A stretch of 64,000 bases of DNA from Eledone cirrhosa (lineage: Eukaryota). This document shows, in pieces, positions 1 to 11,579 of this stretch. The stretch is from assembly GCA_964016885.1 (NCBI GenBank), contig OZ024743.1, positions 130,820,001 to 130,884,000 on the forward strand, given 5' to 3'. Numbering within the stretch: the stretch's first letter is position 1; every line of letters starts with the position of its first letter. The notes beneath the pieces were generated by a model. It was not told the origin of the DNA. It searched no databases and worked only from the letters and a program-made list of their open reading frames with translations. Position numbers and translations under genes: made by a program.

Positions 1-199
1 TGGTGCTTGGTGTTTGGTGCTTGGTGCTTGGTGTTTGGTGCTTGGTTCTTGGTGTCTGGTGTTTGGTGCTTGGTGTTTGGTGTTTGGTGCTTGGTGCTTG
101 GTGTTTGGTGTTTGGTGCTTGGTGCTTGGTGTTTGGTGTTTTGTGCTTGGTGTTTGGTGCTTGGTGCTTGGTGTTTGGTGTTTGGTGCTTGGTGCTTGG

Positions 200-2200
200 T
201 GTTTGGTGCTTGGTGCTTGGTGTTTGTACTTGGTGCTTGGTGTTTGGTGTTTGGTGCTTGGTGCTTGGTGTTTGGTGCTTGGTGCTTGGTGTTTGTACTT
301 GGTGCTTGGTGCTTGGTGTTTGGTGCTTGGTGCTTGGTGTTTGGTGCTTGGTTCTTGGTGTTTGGTGCTTGGTGCTTGGTGTTTGGTGCTTGGTGCTTGG
401 TGTTTGGTGTTTGGTGCTTGGTGTTTGGTGCTTGGTGCTTGGTGCTTGGTGGTTGGTGTTAGGTGTTTGGTGCTTGGTGCTTGGTGTTTTGTGCTTGGTG
501 CTTGGTGTTTGGTGCTTGGTGTTTGGTGCTTGGTGTTTGGTGTTTGGTGTTTGGTGCTTGGTGCTTGGTGTTTGGTGCTTGGTGCTTGGTGCTTGTTGTT
601 TGGTGATTGGTGCTTGGTGCTTGGTGTTTGGTGTTTGGTGCTTGGGGCTTGGTGTTTGGTGCTGCATGCTTGGTGCTTGGTGCTTGGTGCTTGGTGTTTT
701 GTGTATGGTGTTTGATGCTTGGTGTTTGGTGTTTGGTGTTTGGTGCTTGGGGCTTGGTGTTTGGTGCTGCATGCTTGGTGCTTGGTGCTTGGTGCTTGGT
801 GTTTTGTGTATGGTGTTTGATTCTTGGTGTTTGGTGTTTGGTGCTTGGTGCTTGGTGTTTGGTGTTTGATGCTTGGTGTTTGGTGTTTGGTGCTTGGTGC
901 TTGGTGTTTGGTGCTTGGTGCTTGGTGTTTGTACTTGGTGCTTGGTGCTTGGTGTTTGGTGCTTGGTGTTTGTTGCTTGGTGCTTGGTGTTTGGTGCTTG
1001 GTGCTTGGTGTTTGGTGCTTGGTGCTTGGTGTTTGGTGCTTGGTGTTTGGTGCTTGGTGCTTGGTGCTTGTTGTTAGGTGTTTGGTGCTTCATGCTTGGT
1101 GCTTGGTGTTTTGTGCTTTGTTCTTGGTGTTTGGTGCTTGGTGCCTGGTGCATGGTGTTTGTTGCTTGGTGCTTGGTGTTTGGTGTTTGGTGCTTGGTGT
1201 TTGGTGCTTGGTGCTTGATGCTTGGTGTTAGGTGTTAGGTGTTTGGTGCTTGGTGCTTGGTGCTTGGTGCTTGGTGCTTGGTGTTTGGTGCTTGCTGCTT
1301 GCTTCTTGCTGCTTGGTGTTTGGTGCTTGGTGATTGGTGCTTGGTGTTTGGTGCTTGGTGCTTGGTGCTTGGTGTTTGGTGGTTGGTGCTTGGTGCTTGG
1401 TGTTTGGTGCTAAGTGCTTGGTGCTTGGTGTTTAGGGCTTGGTGTTTGGTGCTTGGTGCTTCGTGCTTGGTGTTTGGTGCTTGGTGCTTGGTGTTTGGTG
1501 TTTGGTGCTTGGTGTTTGGTGCTTGGTGCTTGGTGCTGGGTGGTAGGCGTTCGGTGCTTGGTGCTTGGTGTTTGGTGCTTGGTGCTTGGTGCTTGGTGTT
1601 TGGTGCTTGGTGCTTGGTGCTTGGTCTTTGGTGCTTGGTGTTTGGTGTTTGGTGCTTGTTGCTTGGTGTTTGGTGCTTGGTGCTTGGTGATTAGTGTTTG
1701 GTGCTTGGTGCTTGGGGTTTGGTGTTGGTTCTTGGTGCTTGGTGTTTGGTGCTTGGTGCTTGGTGTTTGGTGCTTGGTGTTTGGTGTTTGCTGTTTGGTG
1801 TTTGGTGTTTGGTATTTGGTGTTTGCTTCTTGCTGTTTGGTGTCTGCTTTTTGGTGTTTGGTCTTTGCTCTATGGTGTTTGCTGTTTGGTGTTTGGTGTT
1901 TGGTTTTTGGTGTTTCCTATTTGGTCTTTAGTCTTTCGTGCTTGGTGTTTGGTGCTTGGTGCTTGGTATTTGGTGTTTGGTGCTTGGTGCTTGGTGTTTG
2001 GTGCTTGGTGCTTGGTGCTTGTTGTTTGGTGTTTGGTGTTTGGTGTTTGGTGCTTGGTGCTTGGTGTTTGGTGCTTGGTGCTTGGTGTTTCGTGCTGCGT
2101 GCTTGGTGTTTGGTGCTTGGTGCTTGGTGCTTGGTGTTTGGTGTTTGGTGTTTGATGCTTGGTGCTTGGTGCTTGGTGTTTGGTGTTTGGTGCTTGGTGC
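200..2200 (+). repeat. Diverged copy of the ~6,600-8,400 segment
   Basis: Same variant order at offsets of about 6,245-6,280 (824->7103, 1694->7938, 1938->8183), including the shared rare motifs TTTAGGGC, GGCGTTCGG, GCTCTATGG and TTCCTATTTGG. Confidence 0.7.
644..853 (+). repeat. 105-bp (15-unit) tandem duplication
   Basis: GGGGCTTGGTGTTTGGTGCTGCATGC at ~644 and ~749; GTGTATGGTG at ~701 and ~806. Confidence 0.85.
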
Positions 2201-5200
2201 TTGGTGCTTGGTGCTTGGTGTTTGGTGCTTAGTGCTTGGTGTTTGGTGCATGGTGCTTGGTGTTTGGTGTTTGCTGTTTGCTGTTTGGTGTTTGCTGTTT
2301 GCTGTTTGGTGTTTGCTGTTTGGTGTTTGGTGTTTGGTGCTTGCTGTTTGGTGCTTGGTGCTTGGTGCTTGGGGCTTGGTGTTTGGTGCTTGGTGCTTGG
2401 TTCTTGGTGCTTGGTGTTTGGTGCTTGGTGCTTGGTGCTGGGTGTTTGGTGCTTGGTGCTTGGTGTTTGGTGCATGGTGCTTGGTGCTTGGTGTTTGTCG
2501 CTTGGTGCTTGGTGCTTGGTGTTTGGTGCTTGGTGTTTGGTGTTTGGTGCTTGGTGCTGGGTGTTTGGTGTTTGCTGTTTGCTGTTTGGTGTTTGGTGTT
2601 TGCTGTTTGCTGTTTGGTGTCTGATTTTTCGTGTTTGGTGTTTGATGTATGGTGTTTGCTGTTTCATGTTTGGAGTTTGCTGTTTGCTGTTTGGTGTTTC
2701 CTGTTTGCTGTTTGGTGTTTGGTGCTTGGTTCTTGGTGCTTGGTGCTTGGTGTTTGGTGCTTAGTGCTTGGTGTTTGGTGCTTGGTGCCTGGTGATTGTT
2801 GTTTGGTGTTTGGTGCTTGGTGCTTGATGTTTGGTGTTTGGTGCTTGGTGTCTGGTGTTTGGTGCTTGGTGTTTGGTGTTTGGTGCTTGGTGCTTTGTGC
2901 TTGGTGTTTGGTGTTTGGTGCTTGGTGTTTGGTGTTTGGTGCTTTGTGCTTGGTGTTTGGTGCTTGGTGCTTGGTGCTTGGTGTTTGGTGTTTGGTGCTT
3001 GGTGCTTGGTGTTTGGTGTTTGGTGCTTGGTGTTTGATGCTTGGTGCTTGGTGCTTGGTGTTTGGTGCTTGGTGCTTGGTGTTTGTACTTGGTGCTTGGT
3101 GCTTGGGGTTTGGTGCTTGGTTTTTGGTGTTTGGTGCTTGGTGTTTGGTGCTTGGTGCTTGGTGTTTGGTGCTTGGTGCTTGGTGTTTGGTGTTTGGTGT
3201 TTGGTGCTTGGTGCTTGGTGTTTGGTGTTTGGTGCTTGGTGTTTGATGCTTGGTGCTTGGTGCTTGGTGTTTGGTGCTTGGTGCTTGGTGTTTTGTGCTT
3301 CGTGCTTGGTGCTTGGTGTTTGGTGCATGGTGCTTGGTGTTTGGTGCTTGGTGCCTGGTGCTTGGTGTTTGGTGCTTGGTGCTTGGTGTTTGGTGTTTGG
3401 TGCTTGGTGCTTGGTGCTTGGTGTTAGGTGTTTGGTGTTTGGTGTTTGGTGCTTGGTGATTGATGCTTGGTGTTTGGTGCTTGGTGCTTGGTGTTTGGTT
3501 TTTGGTGCTAGGTGCTTGGTGCTTGGTGTTTGGTGTTTGGTGCTTGGTGTTTGGTGCTTGGTGCTTGGTGCTGGATGGTTGGTGTTTGGTGCTTGGTGCT
3601 TGGTGTTTGGTGTTTGGTGCTTGGTGCTTGGTGTTTGGTGCTTGGTGCTTGGTGTTTGGTCTTTGATGTTTGGTGTTTAGTGCTTGGTGCTTGGTGCTTG
3701 GTGTTTGGTGCTTGGTGCTTGGTGCATTGTGATTAGTGTTTGGTGCTTGGTGTTTGGTGTTTGGTGTTTGGTGCTTGGTGTTTGGTGCTTGGTGCTTGGT
3801 GTTTGGTGTTTGGTGCTTGCTGCTTGGTGTTTGGTGTTTGGTGCTTGGTGCCTGGTGCTTGTTGTTTGGTGATTGGTGCTTGGTGTTTGCTGTTTGGTGC
3901 TGCGTGCTTGGTGCTTGGTGCTTGGTGCTTGGTGCTTGGTGTTTTGTGTTTGGTGTTTGATGCTTGGTGTTTGTTGTTTGGTGCTTGGTGCTTGGTGTTT
4001 GGTGTTTGATGCTTGGTGCTTGATGCTTGGTGCTTGGTGCTTGGTGGTTGGTGCTTGGTGCTTGATGTTTGTACTTGGTGCTTGGTGCTTGGTGTTTGGT
4101 GCTTGGTGTTTGGTGCTTGGTGCTTGGTGTTTGGTGCTTGGTGCTTGGTGTTTGGTGTTTGGTGCTTGGTGTTTGGTGCTTGGTGTTTGGTATTAGGTGT
4201 TTGGTATTAGGTGTTTGGTGCTTCATGCTTGGTGCTTGGTGTTTGGTGCCATGGTGCTTGGTGTTTGGTGCTTGGTGACTGGTGCATGGTGTTTGTTGCT
4301 TGGTGCTTGGTGTTTGGTGTTTGGTGCTTGGTGTTTGGTGCTTGGTGCTTGGTGTTAGGTGTTAGGTGTTTGGTGCTTGGTGCTTGGTGTTTGGTGCTTG
4401 GTGTTTGGTGTTTGGTGCTTGCTGCTTGCTGCTTGGTGTTTGGTGCTTGGTGATTGGTGCTTGGTGTTTGGTGCTTGGTGCTTGGTGTTTGGTGCTTGGT
4501 GCTTGATGCTTGGAGTTTGGTGCTTGGTGTTTGGTGCTTGGTACTTGGGGCTTGGTGTTTGGTGCTTCGTGCTTCGTGCTTGGTGTTTGGTGCTTGGTGC
4601 TTGGTGTTTGGTGTTTGGTGCTTGGTGTTTGGTGCTTGGTGCTTGGTGCTGGGTGCTTGGCGTTTGGTGCTTGGTGCTTGGTGTTTGGTGCTTGGTGCTT
4701 GGTGCTTGGTGTTTGGTGCTTGGTACCTGGTGCTTGGTCTTTGGTGCTTGGTGTTTGGTGTTTGGTGCTTGGTGTTTGGTGCTTGGTGCTTGGTGATTAG
4801 TGTTTGGTGCTTGGTGCTTGGGGTTTGGTGTTTGGTGCTTGGTGCTTGGGGTTTGGTCCTTGGTGCTTGGTGTTTGGTGCTTGGTGTTTGGTGTTTGCTG
4901 TTTGGTGTTTGGTGTTTGGTGTTTGGTGTTTGCTGTATGGTGTTTGCTGTTTCGTGTTTATTGTTTGCTGTTTGGTGTTTGGTGTTTGGTGTTTGGTGTT
5001 TCCTGTTTGGTTTTAGTCTTTGGTGCTTGGTGTTTGGTGCTTGGTGCTTCGTATTTGGTGTTTGGTGCTTGGTGCTTGGTGTTTGGTGCTTGGTGCTTGG
5101 TGCTTGTTGTTTGGTGTTTGGTGTTTGGTGTTTGGTGCTTGGTGCTTGGTGTTTGGTGCTTGGTGCTTGGTGTTTCGTGCTGCGTGCTTGGTGTTTGGTC

Positions 5201-6289
5201 CTTGGTGCTTGGTGCTTGCTGTTTGGTGCTTGGTGCTTGGTGTTTGGTGCTTGGTGCTTGGTGCTTGGTGTTTGGTGCTTAGTGCTTGGTGTTGGGTGCT
5301 TGGTGCTTCGTGTTTGGTGTTTGCTGTTTGCTGTTTGGTGTTTGCTGTTTGGTGTTTGGTGTTTGGTGCTTGCTGTTTGGTGCTTGGTGTTTGGTGCTTG
5401 GTGCTTTTTTTTTGTGTTTGGTGCTTGGTGCTTGGGGCTTGGTGTTCGGTGCTTGGTGCTTGGTTCTTGGTGCTTGGTGTTTGGTGTTTGGTGCTTGGTG
5501 TTTGGTGTCTGGTGCTTGGTGCTTGGTGCTTGGTGTTTGGTGTTTGCTGTTTGCTGTTTGGTGTTTGCTGTTTGCTGTTTGCTGTTTGCTGTTTGGTGTC
5601 TGCTTTTTGGTGCTTGGTGTTTGCTGTATGGTGTTTGCTGTTTCATGTTTGGAGTTTGCTGTTTGCTGTTTGGTGTTTCCTGTTTGCTGTTTGGTGTTTG
5701 GTGCTTGTTGCTTGGTGCTTGGTGTTTGGTGTTTGGTGCTTGGTGTTTGGTGCTTAGTGCTTGGTGTTTGGTGTTTGGTGCTTGGTGCCTGGTGCTTGTT
5801 GTTTTGTGTTTGGTGCTTGGTGCTTGATGTTTGGTGTTTGGTGCTTGGTGTCTGGTGTTTGGTGTTTGGTGTTTGGTGCTTGGTGCTTGGTGTTTGGTGT
5901 TTTGTGCTTGGTGTTTGGTGCTTGGTGCTTGGTGTTTGGTGTTTGGTGCTTGGTGCTTGGTGTTTGGTGTTTGATGCTTGGTGTTTGATGCTTGGTGCTT
6001 GGTGCTTGGTGTTTGGTGCTTGGTGCTTGGTGTTTGGTGTTTGGTGCTTGGTGTTTGGTGTTTGGTGTTTGGTGTTTGATGCTTGGAGTTTGATGCTTGG
6101 TGCTTGGTGTTTGGTGCTTGGTGCTTGGTGTTTGTACTTGGTGCTTGGTGCTTGGTGTTTGGTGCTTGGTTCTTGGTGTTTGGTGCTTGGTGTTTGGTGC
6201 TTGGTGCTTGGTGTTTGGTGTTTGGTGCTTGGTGTTTGGTGCTTGGTGCTTGGTGGTTGGTGTTTGGTGCTTGGTGCCTGGTGCATGGT

Positions 6290-9200
6290 GTTTGGTGCTT
6301 GATGCTTGGTGTTTGGTGTTTGGTGCTTGGTGTTTGGTGATTGGTGCTTGGTGCTTGGTGCTTGGTGCTTGGTGTTTGGTGTTTGGTGCTTGCTGCTTGC
6401 TGCTTGGTGTTTGGTGCCTGGTGATTGGTGCTTGGTGTTTGGTGCTTGGTGCTTGGTGTTTGGTGTTTGGTGCTAGGTGCTTGGTGCTTGGTGCTTGGTG
6501 TTTGGTGCTTGGTGTTTGGTGCTTGGTACTTGGGGCTTGGTGTTTGGTGCTTGGTGCTTGGTGTTTGGTGCTTGTTGTTTGGTGTTTGATGCTTGGTGTT
6601 TGATGCTTGGTGCTTGGTGCTTGGTGTTTGGTGCTTGGTGCTTGGTGTTTGTACTTGGTGCTTGGTGCTTGGTGTTTGGTGCTTGGTGCTTGGTGTTTGG
6701 TGCTTGGTTCTTGGTGTTTGGTGCTTGGTGCTTGGTGTTTGGTGCTTGGTGCTTGGTGTTTGGTGTTTGGTGCTTGGTGTTTGGTGCTTGGTGCTTGGTG
6801 CTTGGTGGTTGGTGTTAGGTGTTTGGTGCTTGGTGCTTGGTGTTTTGTGCTTCGTGCTTGGTGCTTGGTGTTTGGTGCTTGGTGCTTGGTGTTTGGTGCT
6901 TGGTGTTTGGTGCTTGGTGTTTGGTGTTTGGTGTTTGGTGCTTCGTGCTTGGTGTTTGGTGCTTGGTGCTTGGTGCTTGTTGTTTGGTGATTCGTGCTTG
7001 GTGCTTGGTGTTTGGTGTTTGGGGCTTGGGGCTTGGTGTTTGGTGCTGCATGCTTGGTGCTTGGTGCTTGGTGCTTGGTGTTTTGTGTTTGGTGTTTGAT
7101 GCTTGGTGTTTGGTGTTTGGTGCTTGGTGCTTGGTGTTTGGTGTTTGATGCTTGGTGTTTGGTGTTTGGTGCTTGGTGCTTGGTGTTTGGTGCTTGGTGC
7201 TTGGTGTTTGTACTTGGTGCTTGGTGCTTGGTGTTTGGTGCTTGGTGTTTGTTGCTTGGTGCTTGGTGTTTGGTGCTTGGTGCTTGGTGTTTGGTGCTTG
7301 GTGCTTGGTGTTTGGTGCTTGGTGTTTGGTGCTTGGTGCTTGGTGTTTGTTGTTAGGTGTTTGGTGCTTCATGCTTGGTGCCTGGTGCATGGTGTTTGTT
7401 GCTTGGTGCTTGGTGTTTGGTGTTTGGTGCTTGGTGTTTGGTGCTTGGTGCTTGATGCTTGATGTTAGGTGTTAGGTGTTTGGTGCTTGGTGCTTGGTGC
7501 TTGGTGCGTGGTGCTTGGTGCTTGGTGTTTGGTGCTTGCTGCTTGCTTCTTGCTGCTTGGTGTTTGGTGCTTGGTGATTGATGCTTGGTGTTTGGTGCTT
7601 GGTGCTTGGTGCTTGGTGTTTGGTGGTTGGTGCTTGGTGCTTGGTGTTTGGTGCTAGGTGCTTGGTGCTTGGTGTTTAGGGCTTGGTGTTTGGTGCTTGG
7701 TGCTTGGTGCTTGGTGTTTGGTGCTTGGTGCTTGGTGTTTGGTGTTTGGTGCTTGGTGTTTGGTGCTTGGTGCTTGGTGCTGGGTGGTTGGCGTTCGGTG
7801 CTTGGTGCTTGGTGTTTGGTGCTTGGTGCTTGGTGCTTGGTGTTTGGTGCTTGGTGCTTGGTGCTTGGTCTTTGGTGCTTGGTGTTTGGTGTTTGGTGCT
7901 TGTTGCTTGGTGTTTGGTGCTTGGTGCTTGGTGATTAGTGTTTGGTGCTTGGTGCTTGGGGTTTGGTGTTTGGTTCTTGGTGCTTGGTGTTTGGTGCTTG
8001 GTGCTTGGTGTTTGGTGCTTGGTGTTTGGTGTTTGCTGTTTGGTGTTTGGTGTTTGGTATTTGGTGTTTGCTGTTTGCTGTTTGGTGTCTGCTTTTTGGT
8101 GTTTGGTGTTTGCTCTATGGTGTTTGCTGTTTGGTCTTTGGTGTTTGGTGTTTGGTGTTTCCTATTTGGTCTTTAGTCTTTCGTGCTTGGTGTTTGGTGC
8201 TTGGTGCTTGGTATTTGGTGTTTGGTGCTTGGTGCTTGGTGTTTGGTGCTTGGTGCTTGGTGCTTGTTGTTTGGTGTTTGGTGTTTGGTGTTTGGTGATT
8301 GGTGCTTGGTGTTTGGTGCTTGGTGCTTGGTGTTTCGTGCTGCGTGCTTGGTGTTTGGTGCTTGGTGCTTGGTGCTTAGTGTTTGGTGTTTGGTGTTTGA
8401 TGTTTGGTGCTTGGTGCTTGGTGTTTGGTGCTTGGTGATTGATGCTTGGTGTTTGGTGCTTGGTGCTAGGTGTTTGGTTTTTGGTGCTAGGTGCTTGGTG
8501 CTTGGTGTTTGGTGCTTGGTGTTTGGTGTTTGGTGCTTGGTGCTTGGTGCTTGGTGTTTGGTGCTTGGTTCTTGGTGCTTGGTGTTTGGTGTTTGGTGTT
8601 TGGTGCTTGGTGTTTGGTGCTTGGTGCTTGGTGCGGGGAGTTTGGTGCTTGGTGCTTGATGTTTGCTGCATGGTGCTTGGTGCTTGGTGTTTGTCGCTTG
8701 GTGCTTGGTGCTTGGTGTTTGGTGCTTGGTGTTTGGTGTTTGGTGCTTGGTGCTTGGTGTGTGGTGTTTGCTGTTTGCTGTTTGGTGTTTCCTCTTTGCT
8801 GTTTGGTGTTTGGTGCTTGGTGCTTGGTGCTTGGTGTTTGGTGTTTGGTGCTTGGTGTTTGGTGCTTAGTGCTTGGTGTTTGGTGTTTGGTGCTTGGTGC
8901 CTGGTGCTTGTTGTTTGGTGTTTGGTGCTTGGTGCTTGATGTTTGGTGTTTGGTGCTTGGTGTTTGATGTTTGGTGCTTGGTGCTTGGTGTTTGGTGCTT
9001 GGTGATTGATGCTTGGTGTTTGGTGTTTGGTGCTTGGTGTTTGGTGTTTGGTGCTTGGTGCTTGGTGTTTGGTGTTTGGTGCTTGGTGCTTGGTGTTTGG
9101 TGTTTTGTGCTTGGTGTTTGGTGCTTGGTGATTGGTGTTTGGTGTTTGGTGCTTGGTGCTTGGTGTTTGGTGTTTGATGCTTGGTGTTTGATGCTTGGTG

Positions 9201-11579
9201 CTTGGTGCTAGGTGTTTGGTGCTTGGTGCTTGGTGTTTGTACTTGGTGCTTGGTGCTTGGTGTTTGGTGCTTGGTGCTTGGTGTTTGGTGCTTGGTTCTT
9301 GGTGTTTGGTGCTTGGTGCTTGGTGTTTGGTGCTTGGTGCTTGGTGTTTGGTGTTTGGTGCTTGGTGTTTGGTGCTTGGTGCTTGGTGCTTGGTGGTTGG
9401 TGTTAGGTGTTTGGTGCTTGGTGCTTGGTGTTTTGTGCTTCGTGCTTGGTGCTTGGTGTTTGGTGCTTGGTGCTTGGTGTTTGGTGCTTGGTGTTTGGTG
9501 CTTGGTGTTTGGTGTTTGGTGTTTGGTGCTTGGTGCTTGGTGTTTGGTGCTTGGTGCTTGGTGCTTGTTGTTTGGTGATTGGTGCTTGGTGCTTGGTGTT
9601 TGGTGTTTGGTGCTTGGGGCTTGGTGTTTGGTACTGCATGCTTGGTGCTTGGTGTTTGTTGTTTGGTGCTTGGTGTTTGGTGCTTGGTGCTTGGTGGTTG
9701 GTGTTTGGTGCTTGGTGCCTGGTGCATGGTGTTTGGTGCTTGATGCTTGGTGTTTGGTGTTTGGTGCTTGGTGTTTGGTGATTGGTGCTTGGTGCTTGGT
9801 GCTTGGTGCTTGGTGTTTGGTGTTTGGTGCTTGCTGCTTGCTGCTTGGTGTTTGGTGCCTGGTGATTGGTGCTTGGTGTTTGGTGCTTGTTGCTTGGTGT
9901 TTGGTGTTTGGTGCTAGGTGCTTGGTGCTTGGTGCTTGGTGTTTGGTGCTTGGTGTTTGGGGCTTGGTACTCGGGGCTTGGTGTTTGGTGCTTGGTGCTT
10001 GGTGTTTGGTGCTTGTTGTTTGGTGCTTGGTGCTTGGTGTTTGGTGTTTGGTGCTTGGTGTTTGGTGCTTGGTGCTTGGTGCTGGGTTGTTGGCGTTTGG
10101 TGCTTGGTGCTTGGTGTTTGGCGCTTGGTGCTTGGTGCTTGGTGTTTGGTGCTTGGTCTTTGGTGCTTGGTGTTTGGTGTTTGGTGCTTGGTGCTTGGTG
10201 TTTGGTGCTTGGTGCTTGGTGATTAGTGTTTGGTGCTTGGTGCTTGTGGTTTGGTGTTTGGTGCTTGGTGTTTGGTGCTTGGTGCTTGGTGTTTGGTGCT
10301 TGGTGTTTGGTTTTTGCTGTTTCATGTTTGGTGTTTGGTGCTTGGTGCTTGGTGCTTGGTGTTTGGTGTTTGGTGCTTGGTGTTTGGTGCTTAGTGCTTG
10401 GTGTTTGGTGTTTGGTGCTTGGTGCCTGGTGCTTGTTGTTTGGTGCTTGGTGCTTGGTGCTTGGTGTTTTGTGTCTGTTGTTTGCTGTTTGATGTTTGGT
10501 GTTTGCTCTTTGCTGTTTGGTGTCTGCTTTTTCGTGTTTGCTGTTTGCTGTTTGGTGTTTCCTCTTTGCTGTTTGGTGTTTGGTGCTTGGTGCTTGGTGC
10601 TTGGTGTTTGGTGTTTGGTGCTTGGTTTTTGGTGCTTAGTGCTTGGTGTTTGGTGTTTGGTGCTCGGTGCCTGGTGCTTGTTGTTTGGTGTTTGGTGCTT
10701 GGTGCTTGATGTTTGGTGTTTGGTGCTTGGTGTCTGGTGTTTGGTGCTTGGTGTTTGGTGTTTGGTGCTTGGTGCTTGGTGTTTGGTGTTTGGTGCTTGG
10801 TGCTTGGTGTTTGGTGTTTTGTGCTTGGTGTTTGGTGCTTGGTGCTTGGTGTTTGGTGTTTGGTGCTTGGTGCTTGGTGTTTGGTGTTTGATGCTTGGTG
10901 TTTGATGCTTGGTGCTTGGTGCTTGGTGTTTGGTGCTTGGTGCTTGGTGTTTGTACTTGGTGCTTGGTGCTTGGTGTTTGGTGCTTGGTGCTTGGTGTTT
11001 GGTGCTTGGTTCTTGGTGTTTGGTGCTTGGTGCTTGGTGTTTGGTGCTTGGTGCTTGGTGTTTGGTGTTTGGTGCTTGGTGTTTGGTGCTTGGTGCTTGG
11101 TGCTTGGTGGTTGGTGTTAGGTGTTTGGTGCTTGGTGCTTGGTGTTTTGTGCTTCGTGCTTGGTGCTTGGTGTTTGGTGCTTGTTGCTTGGTGTTTGGTG
11201 CTTGGTGTTTGGTGCTTGGTGTTTGGTGTTTGGTGTTTGGTGCTTGGTGCTTGGTGTTTGGTGCTTGGTGCTTGGTGCTTGTTGTTTGGTGATTGGTGCT
11301 TGGTGCTTGGTGTTTGGTGTTTGGTGCTTGGGGCTTGGTGTTTGGTACTGCATGCTTGGTGCTTGGTGTTTGGTGTTTGGTGCTTGGTGTTTGGTGCTTG
11401 GTGCTTGGTGGTTGGTGTTTGGTGCTTGGTGCCTGGTGCATGGTGTTTGGTGCTTGATGCTTGGTGTTTGGTGTTTGGTGCTTGGTGTTTGGTGCTTGGT
11501 GTTTGGTGTTTGGTGTTTGGTGCTTGGTGCTTGGTGTTTGGTGCTTGGTGCTTGGTGCTTGTTGTTTGGTGATTGGTGC
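6290..11579 (+). repeat. Older, rearranged relative of the 7.2-kb block
   Basis: Piecewise offsets to copy 1 of 7,400 (6477->13877), 8,260 (7938->16198), 8,330 (9866->18196) and 6,644 (10895->17539). It also has an internal repeat at offset 1,714 (9181->10895). Confidence 0.75.

Noticed and set aside
5405-5413. Poly-T run as a terminator
   Set aside because: There is no upstream hairpin or gene. It is more likely homopolymer slippage or a read error.
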